DNA of 64,000 nucleotides from an uncultured Verrucomicrobiae bacterium (GTDB lineage Bacteria; Verrucomicrobiota; Verrucomicrobiia; Limisphaerales; UBA8199): NCBI GenBank assembly GCA_963762555.1, contig CAVXLO010000032.1, positions 22,392 to 86,391 of the forward strand, read 5' to 3'. Shown piece by piece: positions 27,620 to 36,700 of this stretch (position 1 is its first letter; each line of letters starts with the position of its first letter). The notes under the pieces were generated by a model. It saw only the letters and a program-made list of their open reading frames with translations, ran no database searches and was not told where the DNA came from. The position numbers and the translations under genes were made by a program.

Positions 27620-27799
27620 CTATTGCAGGCCCAGCTTCTTGAGGGCCTCCTGGGTGCGTGCCGGTTCGTAGCCATACCAGGCAGCCACCACTTTGCCTTC
27701 GCGGTTTATGACGTAGGTCATCGGCACGGCGCTCATGCCGCCGAGCGTTTCGTATTGGGCGACGGCCCGGTTGGCCGTGTCGGAGGCCTCGAGGATTCC
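27620..27799 (-). pseudogene. C-terminal ~59-codon remnant of a thioredoxin-fold (TlpA/redoxin-like) protein
   Basis: My minus-strand translation: (TAA) SGILEASDTANRAVAQYETLGGMSAVPMTYVINREGKVVAAWYGYEPARTQEALKKLGLQ*. The P.T.vI(D/N)r.Gkvv...G pattern is the typical redoxin C-terminus. An in-frame stop lies immediately upstream, so the catalytic CxxC half is missing. Confidence 0.45.
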
Positions 27800-28000
27800 T
27801 GATTAGAAGTGCTTCCTCGTTCACGGGGCGATTGTGTGGAGCAGGTGGAAACCAGGGAAGCGAATTCGAACCCCACTCCAGGCGCGACGGGTGACAGAAT
27901 CCGGCGCAGGCGTCCAACTCGGTGGGGATTCCCGAACTGGCGGTGGGACGCCGCCAGAACCCGCAGGCGCGGACGCCTGCGCTACCTTGTCACCAGCCTT

Positions 28001-29235
28001 TCATGGGCTCTGGAGCCAGACCTGGCCGCGGAAGTAGGAGCCGGGCGGGGCGGCGGAGGAGTCGTAGGTAATGGTCTGGTTGGTGCCGGAGAGGTTGGTG
28101 AAGCCGGTGACGCCGAGCCAGGAGGTCAGGTTGGTGCTGGTCAGGAGGGAATAATGGCGGCTCTTGCCCTCGTAACCCGTGCCTTGCGCGCTCAAGGCCT
28201 GGAAGGAGACCAGCCTTTGGCTGCCGTTCATCGCGAGGCTCAGCCGGAACACGCTGTTGGTGTCATTTGGGTTGGTGCCGGCGACGTAGTTCTGGAGGGC
28301 AGTTTGGCCGTTCGGGCTGACGGAAGCGGCGCCCTGGTTAAGGTTGCCAAAGTAGAGCCGTTCCCAGGCGTCGGGTAATCCATCACCGTCGCTGTCGGCT
28401 GATGGCGCGGCGAAGCCTTGGAGAACGATCTTGCCGCGGAAGAAACCGGGAGCACCGGTGGCCGGGTGTGAGGTAAGCCACGGTTTGGTTGTTGCCGGTG
28501 ATGCCCGTGTAGTTGGTGACGCCGGCCCAGGAGGTCGAGGCGAAGGCGGGGTTCGATTCCAGGGTGTAGAGGCGGGTCATGCCGTCGTAGCCCGGCCCTT
28601 CGGCCTTCAAGGCGGTGAATGACACCTGCTTCTGGTTGTTGGTGAGGTCAATGCGCAGGCGGAAGGCGCCGTTCGGGTCATTCGGGTCAGTGCCCGCAAT
28701 GAAGTTTTGCAGGGCCGTCATGCCGTTCGGGTCCATCGAGCCGGGGGACTGGTTGAGGTTCGAGAAGTGTTGAAGCTCCCAGGCGTCCGGCAGGCCGTCA
28801 CCATCGCTGTCCACCGCAACGGCGCCGAAGTCCACGCGTTCGGCGACGCCGCGATCAGCGATGAGGTAACTGGTCTTGGGCGCGCAGACCGGTGCCGTCG
28901 GTGACGGTGATGAAGACGGTATCCGAGATTTGCGAGGCGTTGGTGTCCGTGACCGGGGCCACTGACTCCAATGCGAGACGCAGCAGATAGTAGTTTCCGA
29001 CCGACGCATCCGACCCCATACGGTAACTGGCGATGGCTGGGCCATTAGTGGTGCGGCGGGCTTCGATGACCACATCCGTGCGGGCGGCAGTCACGAGTGA
29101 GCCGTCCAGGACGATGTTGCCGTAGAGGAGGTTGTCCGGCTCAGGGATGGTGGCGCGGGCGACCGAGAGCATCGCGAGCAGCAGGCAAATGGGAATCGCT
29201 TTCATGGCGGGAATAGGCGTGTGGCGGTATTTCAT
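28001..29235 (-). CDS. ~400-aa secreted protein, last gene of the giant-protein operon (two frameshifts as assembled)
   Basis: Three ORFs (28855..29235, 28383..29075, 28001..28252) join sensibly. They read M(KYRHTPIPAM)KAIPICLLLAMLSVARA (signal peptide) ...VFITVTDGTG / ...AVAVDSDGDGLPDAWELQHFSNLNQSPGSMDPNGMTALQNFIAGTDPND...FRLRIDL...75-aa module... / ...SADSDGDGLPDAWERLYFGNLNQGAASVSPNGQTALQNYVAGTNPND...FRLSLAM...SYFRGQVWLQSP*. The breaks are near 28870 and 28440. Confidence 0.6.
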
Positions 29236-29238
29236 AGG

Positions 29239-30285
29239 TCAGTCCCCGGAATACGCGTAGGTCTGGAAGAAGATTTTGATGTCGCTGACCGAGTTGATGA
29301 AGGTGTCGAGTCCCTCGTTCGGGTCGAAGAGGAACGTGCCGCCGGGGATGATGAGCATCCACTCGGTGTTCCAGACCGAGCGCCCGATCAGGCGGCTGTC
29401 GCTGATAGTCTGGGCGGGGTCGAAGATGCCGCTGTCGTGATAGGCGCGGAAGCTGGAGAAGCGGCGGATGTCGGCGAAGGTATCGCTGAGCGAATCGTCC
29501 ATCGGGATCCAGGTCGGGTCGTTCAAGGTGGAGACGCCGATAGGGAAGGGCACAGGGATTTTCTGATCCACGACGCGCCATTGGCGGGTCTCCAGGTCGT
29601 TGCTGGACGGGGAGCGCAGGATGTCCGCGCCCACCGGCACGAGATAGACGCGCGGGGTGAGCGAGAGGCCGCTGCCGTTGTAGTTGCTGAACCAGACGCC
29701 GGCGGAGCGGACCTTGGTGGCAAAGAGCGTGGGATCGTACGCATTGTCGCCGCCGCCGAGAGGCCAGCCGAAATAGTTCAGGCCGAACGTAATGGTGGTG
29801 GGGAAACGGATGACGAGACCCGGCTGCGGCCCGGCGGATTCCGGGGCGAATGGCCGGCAATAGCGGCGGAACTCGGGCACGTCCCACAGGTTGGGAACGA
29901 TGTCCTTCTTCAACTCGGCGCGCCAATCCTCGTCCGAACTGTTGCGCAGGCGGAACAGCTCGTTGCGCATGGAGAACTGGCCGGTTTCGGTCTGCGGGTT
30001 GTTGAAGCCGAGCTGGCCCTTGAGGACGGCGAAGTTCTGGCTCAGCCGCGCCAGGGGGTCGGCCAGACCGGGTTGGCCGGCAATCGGCACCCCGTTGAGC
30101 ATTTCGCCGAGGGCGCGCTGACGCACGATGTCGGTGAGGAACTGGCGTCCCGAGCCGGGCTTGCCGCCGAGCAACTGTGTCTCGAAGTCATAGGCGATGG
30201 CGGCCAGATAGACGTACTGCGCGGCGAGGTCGAACTGCGCGCGGTATTTCTGGATGGCGTCGTTGCGGAAGATGCGGAAAGCCAT
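29239..30285 (-). CDS. C-terminal 348 codons of the giant protein (listed as a separate ORF only because of frame breaks at 30.3-30.9 kb)
   Basis: The ORF begins MAFRIFRNDAIQKYRAQFDLAAQYVYLAAIAYDFETQLLG..., but the preceding codons (...LRLADERTAFRKNTAAQTQASRYQD) are open and sensible in the same frame. Its stop at 29239 lies 3 nt from the next ATG. Confidence 0.7.
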   Translation of the reverse strand: MAFRIFRNDAIQKYRAQFDLAAQYVYLAAIAYDFETQLLGGKPGSGRQFLTDIVRQRALGEMLNGVPIAGQPGLADPLARLSQNFAVLKGQLGFNNPQTETGQFSMRNELFRLRNSSDEDWRAELKKDIVPNLWDVPEFRRYCRPFAPESAGPQPGLVIRFPTTITFGLNYFGWPLGGGDNAYDPTLFATKVRSAGVWFSNYNGSGLSLTPRVYLVPVGADILRSPSSNDLETRQWRVVDQKIPVPFPIGVSTLNDPTWIPMDDSLSDTFADIRRFSSFRAYHDSGIFDPAQTISDSRLIGRSVWNTEWMLIIPGGTFLFDPNEGLDTFINSVSDIKIFFQTYAYSGD

Positions 30286-30759
30286 GTCCTGGTAACGGCT
30301 GGCCTGGGTTTGGGCGGCGGTGTTTTTGCGGAAGGCGGTGCGTTCATCGGCCAGGCGGAGGCCCTTTGGCCACAGCGGCGTCGTAGCGGCCGGCGTTCTG
30401 GTTCACCTGCTCGGCCAGACCGAAGTGCCTCGGCGCGCAGCGCGGCTTCCTGGCGGACCAGTTCTTCCACCTGCTTGAGGCGTTCCTGGATTTCGAAGTT
30501 GTATTGCGCGGTTTCAATGTCCAGCGAGGCCTGGTCGTTGACTCGGCCTGAATTGGCGGCATCAAAGCCTTGCCAGCGCGGTCTGGGTGATCGCCTGGGC
30601 GGCAGTGAGCACATTCCGCGAAATCACCCGTTGTCCGACCAATGACCCGCGTACCGGGGCGAAGGCGTCGTTGGCCAGGCCGACCTCTTTTGGCAGGCTG
30701 GCCAGCAGCACCTTGTAGGTGTCATTGACGCGGCCTTTGACGGCGGTGAAGCATCTGGT

Positions 30760-33700
30760 TCAGGAGCTGTGAAACCGGCCTGAGCAGCCTTCAGCGTGGT
30801 GACCGTATTCTTGGCGGTGTCGCGTATCTGGATGGTGTCCGCGCGAAGATTGTACCGCGCCTGACAGCAGGTCAATCTGGTCGCCGATCTGTTTGATCAG
30901 GTTGTCGTAATTGATCAGCGCCTGCGTGAGCCGCGCCTGGCTTTGCAGCAGGTCCGAGAGCGCCATTTGGATTTCACCCGGCGCGCGGCGCGTGCCCCAC
31001 GAGGCCGGAGCAACGAACCCGAAGTCCGACGCCGTCTTGGGATAGCTCACCTGGAGAATGTTGGCCGTGTCCAGGGTAGTGTTTTCCAGGCCGGGCGCGT
31101 CGTCCGGGAAATAATGCTGCACGCTGGTGGAGAGCGTGCTCATGGGCGAGAAGTAGGCCGTGAACGACTCGCTCGGCGGCGCGGTGTCGCCGTTAAGGTC
31201 AACGGCATTGACGTACATGTAGTGGTAGATGTCCGGTCCGTCGTAGCCGGACGGATAGGTCTGGCCCGCGCCGATGTCGCCGGCATAAGGGTAGCCGAAG
31301 ATTTCGATCATGCGGTTCTTGTAGTCGCGCTCCTGCTGGTCAACGTTCTGGGAGAAGGTATTGACGTTGTCCTGCAGCGCGCGGAGGGACTGGGAGAGTT
31401 GGTTGGCGTTGTTGAACACCGTTACCGTGTTGTTCATCGCCTGGATGGCGCGGTCGTAAATCTGCTCGAAGTGCGTCTTGCCGGCGTCAATCTGGGACGG
31501 GTCAATGTCGAACGGCAGAGCGTTCTTGGCCAGGCCGAGCGGGTTGAGGCCGCCGTCGGCCTTGTCAATCTGCGCCTGGACGGCGTCGTAACCCGAGGCG
31601 ATCTCGGCGATCTCCGGGACGGTGGTGCGGTCAATCTTCTGGATGCCCGTGTGGTTGGTGTTGGGGTCGGTGGCGGGCAGAATCGCGTTGGCGGTGACCC
31701 AATCGAAGAATGCGCCCGAGCCGGCCCGATGGGCCCAGCCCGACATGCCCCAGGCCCGGCTGGGATCGGTGTCCTTGTAGCCCTCGTATTGCCCGGCGGG
31801 GTCGTCCACGTAATTGAGCCGGTAGGTGAGGCCCACGATTTCCGCGCCCGTGTTCGCCTTGGCGGCGGCGGCGCTGGCGAATTTGCGCTCGTCCAGGTAG
31901 TCCACGGTCACGGGCACGCCGGCCAGGAGGATGGACTCGGCGCGCGGGACCCAGTCGAAGTTGGTGTTCCGCAGCAGGTCGTAGTAGGTGGTGGTGGCGG
32001 TCAGGTAATGGCCCCACGCATCGCCGTGGCCCTGCGGGAACATGATCTGGGCGTCGTCGGCGTTAATGAACCCGTCGTTATTCTGGTCGGTGATGTTGTA
32101 GGTCTGGACATAGGCCACTTCGCCCTGGTCGTGGGTGAAATTCCAGAACAGGCGGTTATAGACCGGCGCCGAGCGGACCGTGGCGGACGTGTCGTCGCGT
32201 CCGCGCAACAGGGTAATCTCCTCCTCGAGGAGCGAGTCCACCTGGTTTTGGAAGGCAAAGATGGACGGCGCAAGCGCGCCGTAGCCGGCGGAATCCGTGC
32301 GGAAACCGATGGTCGGGTCGGCAGCGTCGGCGTAAGCCTCGTTGCCGAGCAGCATGTAGAAGTCCGCGATGCGGCCCGCCGCCAGCAGCAAGGCATTGTT
32401 GGCCGGCTCGTAGTTGATGCCGGGAACGGCGTCAATGCTGAGCTGTTCGGCCCGATGCAGCACCGTGCTATAGGCCTGGATCAAGCCGATGTTATTGATG
32501 TTATCGGCCGCCGGGTTGAACGCGATGTCGCCCTCGTAACGCGGCCCGGCCTGCTGCAGCATCGAGGCGAAGGTGACCGCCGCGTTTTCGTGGAAGGCCG
32601 CCGTCCGCGCCTCGAACGGGTTCAGGCCGAACACAACGCGTTTGACCCAGCCTTCGGCCAGTTGCGCCTGACCGCCGCCGATGGCGCCGACCCAATCGCT
32701 CCAGTTGGTCTGGCCATCCACGACGTAACCGCGGTAGCGGCAGATAAACCAGTTATCCGCCAGCGTCAGGATGCTCGCCTGGCCGCCGTCGCCAATCGTG
32801 ATGTCGTTGTAGCCGTTGACCCCACTGGGCACAGCCGGGAACCTGGTCCAGCCGCGCAGGTCGGTGACGTCGCCGTTGGTCGCGACGACGGGCAGGTCGG
32901 TGGAATCGAACCCGGTCTCGTCGGGGTGGTAATACCACTGGAACTCGAAGCGTTGCGGCTCGCCGCCAAAGTCTGCGCTATGGCGGAGGGTCAGCTTCTG
33001 GTCGAAGACGTCGTCGGGGTTGATCACCTTGATGTCGCCGCGGTAAGGGCCGCCCTCTACGCGGATAATGTGAAGCGTGATCGGGAGACCGGTCAGGGCG
33101 GGATCGTCATTCTCCACCACGGTCACGTACCCGGTGCCGTTGCCCGGCCCGGCGGTGAGTGCCTTCGGCCCGTTGCCCAGTTTCTCAGGTTGGAGCGGGC
33201 CGGTGCGGACATTCAGGTTGGTGTCCAGGTTGGGGGCGGTGAGGCCGATCAACAACTGCTGGTCCGGTTGGCCGTCGCCATCCTGGTCAATGCGGTTGGG
33301 ATTGCGGGTGAGATCGTAGAGGTCGTCAATCGCCTGCTGGAAGTCCGAATCGGTGCTCAACTGCTTGATGCGGTCGCGCTCGCGCGGGCTGAGCACGTTG
33401 ATCAGCAACAGCGGGTCTTGCGCGCCGCCGTACTCGGCGCTGTCGTTGAGCAGGCCGCCGAAGCTCAGCCGTTTGTTCTGGTCGTCATAGAGCAACCGGC
33501 TGCGGATGAAGTAGGGGAGATCGCTGAAGGCCTCGCGCCCGCCGACGTTGGCCGTGGCAATCTCGGGCGGCAGAGCGAAGTTCGTGGCCAGTTGGAGCGT
33601 GCGTTCGCTGAGGGGATCGAACAGGCGCACCAGTGAGCTGGCCGCGTTCGTGCCGGTGGGGTTGCCCTCGTCGAACACCAGGGCGGCGCTGGCGAAGTTC

Positions 33701-36700
33701 GCCAGGTCGGGCAGGCCGAACTTGGCGCCTAGCAACGTCTCGCCGATTTGCAGCGTCGGCACCTGCGCGGGCCAGTTGACAACGTAAGTCACGTCGCGCG
33801 GCACGCCGACCACGCCGCCGGGCCGGCGGTCGAGCCAGGGAATGCACGTGCCGACCGGCACGTCAGGCTGGCCGTCGCCGTTGAAGTCATAATCGAAGTC
33901 GGGCTGGAGCGGATAGAAGTAGCGCGCGACGATGTTGGTCGAGGTGTTGTTCGGTCCGGCGGCGCGGGCATACAACTGACCCAGGTGATCCTGGAACCCC
34001 GGCCCGCTCACCACGTAATTCGACAACCCGCAAAGGCCCAGCGAACTCAACGGCGCGGGCAGGAAAAGGGTCTGGCCGGCTTCGCCCGGATACATGAACG
34101 AGTAGGTGGCGTTGGTGCTCACGATTTTGAAGACCTTCATGGTCCAGGTCATCGTGGCTGGGTCCTGATATTTCAGCAGCGTATAGGGCTCCGAGGCGTT
34201 CATCACGGCGTTCAGATCATTGCGCAGCGCGTAGAGCGTGTCGCCATACAGCGCGGCGTGCTCCTCGTTCGGGTTGTAGCCCGGCAATGTCTTGTCGGGC
34301 TGGCGGTACACGCGCTTCGAGGGATAGAGCGCCGGGTCGAGCACGCCCGAGCCGAGCCCGCTCGCCAGAACGAGTTCATCCGGGTTGGCCGGCCATTGCG
34401 CCACGTAGCGCACCGGCAGCGACGGCCATGGGATGCCCGTCGCCGGGCTCTGGCGATACCATACCACCACCAAGTCATCGTTGGTGGCCACGGTATCCTT
34501 GTTCACCGGAATAATCGGCCCCGTCCGCGTGGCGCGGTCGTAGGCACGATCATCGCCGGCGCCGTCATAGAAGGAGTTCTCGAAGTACACGAAGCCGTTC
34601 TTGCCCGTGGGGTCCGAGTGCAGGAGGTTCTGCAAGGGCTTGCCGATTTCCGCCGGCTGGTTGTCCACCAGCAGGGTCGGATCGTTCCATGCGAGCGTTC
34701 GCACCACTTCGAATTGCGCTGGGTCTTCCGCCGGGTTGAGCGAGCCGCTGCTGGTGTCGTAGAACTGGATGACGCTCCAGCCTGGCTGCGTGGCGGTGAA
34801 TCGCTTGGTCGTGGCGTCCACGGCCGCGCCCGGCACGGTGGAGAAGGCGAGGTTGAGGAATTTGTAATGAAAGTCCGGGATGGCCGGTTCGAGGTCCACC
34901 GGCGCATTGGCCACGTGATACTGCGGGTGGGCCGGGAAGACACTCCGGCCAACGCACGTGTCCACCAGCACGGTGTTGGTCGCATCCGCCGTCAACGGCC
35001 ACTTGAGCACCGCGGTGACCGGGCGCACCGGATACAGCTTGTGCTCGGCGATGCTCCACACAAATGAATTCAGCGCGTCGCTGTCGCTCTGTTGCTTTTC
35101 CAGGATCGTGATCGTGGGCTGCCCCCACGCGCCGCCATCGTCGCGATTAGGATCGAGGGCGTCCGCGGGCACGGGCACGGCTTCGCCGATGACGAAGGTG
35201 TTATGCTCATAGACCCCGTCGGGGCCGAGGCGCGCAACGAAGATGTCGCTGTCGTTGGGCGAGGTCAGCAACACGTAACCGATCTGGATCGTGTTCTGGT
35301 AACTGCCGGAAACGACCACGCCGCCGGAGGCATCCACGCCGATGGAACCGTGGAATTCGTTTCCCGTTGAGCCGATCTTCTGGGCCCAGTTCCAGGCGCC
35401 GTTGTCCGCGCTGAGTTGGGCGATGAAGACGTCGCTGTTGCCGGAAGTGGTGAGGGAGGTGGCGCCAAAGGTGGTCGCGAAGGGGAAATCGCCGGTGATA
35501 TAGACGTGCCCACTGCCGTCGGGGGTAATAGACTCGGCAAAACCGCTGCCGCCCTGCGCATACCAGAGCACGTTGGCGGAGGAGTTGAGCTTGGCCACGA
35601 AGAGGTTCGCCCCGCCGCCGAGATTGAGGTTGTTCAGGGATCCCGCGTAATCGGCGGTGCCATCGAAGCGGCCCAACAGATAGATCTGGTTCGCCGCATC
35701 CACGGCCAAGGCTGTCGCGACGTCATTGTTCGCGCCGCCGCCACGGCGGGCGAGCAGCCAGTTCCCGGACGCGTCGGCCTTCGCGACGAAGAGGTCCTGG
35801 TTGCCCACCGAATTCAATACCGCGCCGCCGAAGATCGCGGTGCCGCCGAATTCGCCGGCCAGATAGACGTTCTCGTTGGCATCAACGACCAGCGCGTGGG
35901 CTGCGTCGTTTGCCCCGTTCGCGGGCGCGGAACTGGCCCAAAGCCAGTTGCCGTTCGGGTCCATTTTCGCGACGAAGACATCGGGCGTGTTGTTACTCGA
36001 GATGATCATGCTCGGCCCGAAGACGTTGGTGCGGGTGAATTGGCCGGCGATGTAGATGTTGCCGCTCGGGCCGAGCGCCAGGGCGTTTGCGGAATCCGCG
36101 CCGGTGTCGCCTACCGAGGTGGCCCAGAACCAGTTCGTGCCGTAAGGACCCAGCTTGGCTACGAACAGGTCGGTGCCGCCAACAGCCGTCAGCACGTTGG
36201 TGCCGAAGGTAGCGGTGCCGCTGAACTGGCCGGCGATGCAGATGTTCGTCGCGTGGTCGAGTGCGAGCGCATTGATGTGTATGGAGCCTCCGGCGCTGAG
36301 TTGCACATTGGTCGCCCATAGCCAGTCAGCGCCACGCGCGAGCTTGCCGATGAAAGCATTCGTAGCGCTGCCGCCCCCGGCCGTAAGCGTGCTGCTGAAA
36401 GTGGCTGAGCCGGTGAAGAGCCCGGCGACATAGGTGCCGCCGTCCGGGGCGACGACATGCTTCGGCGCCCAGGCTTGGCCCGCGGTGACCTTGGTCGAGA
36501 TCGGCCACCCGCAGCCGAGCACGAGCGTCGTGAACGTCTGTGCCTGGCCGATGGTCGTGCCGAAGGAGTTATTGGCCACCAGGCGGAAGAAATAGCTGGT
36601 GCCGGGCTCAAGATTGGTAATAACGGCACTGACGGGAACGTTGCTCAGCCCGGTGATGTTCATCTGCGGAACCGTGGTCTGACCGAACGCGAGCGAAGGG

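Noticed and set aside
27838-27935. tRNA-like signature on the minus strand (...ggagtggggttcgaattcgcttccctggtttccacctgctcca, with a GGTTCGAAT T-loop-like box and a terminal CCA).
   Set aside because: I could not fold a cloverleaf. The bases flanking the TTCGAAT box are not complementary, so there is no T-stem. No 5' acceptor strand complementary to the 3' end lies within ~90 nt.
30758-30780. An apparent 23-nt insertion flanked by ttcaca/ttcacc that would restore the giant gene's frame if removed.
   Set aside because: A single missing base near 30757 (...PEPDA/FTAVKG...) explains the frame change equally well and keeps sensible sequence. The direct-repeat resemblance is only 5 of 6 nt.
30943-35067. 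Very long plus-strand ORFs (897 aa at 30943..33636 and 439 aa at 33748..35067, plus many similar ones) opposite the giant gene.
   Set aside because: These are antisense shadow ORFs typical of high-GC DNA. They have Arg/Gly/Ala/Val-rich, low-information sequence and no recognisable motifs, while the minus strand encodes a coherent domain-containing protein.
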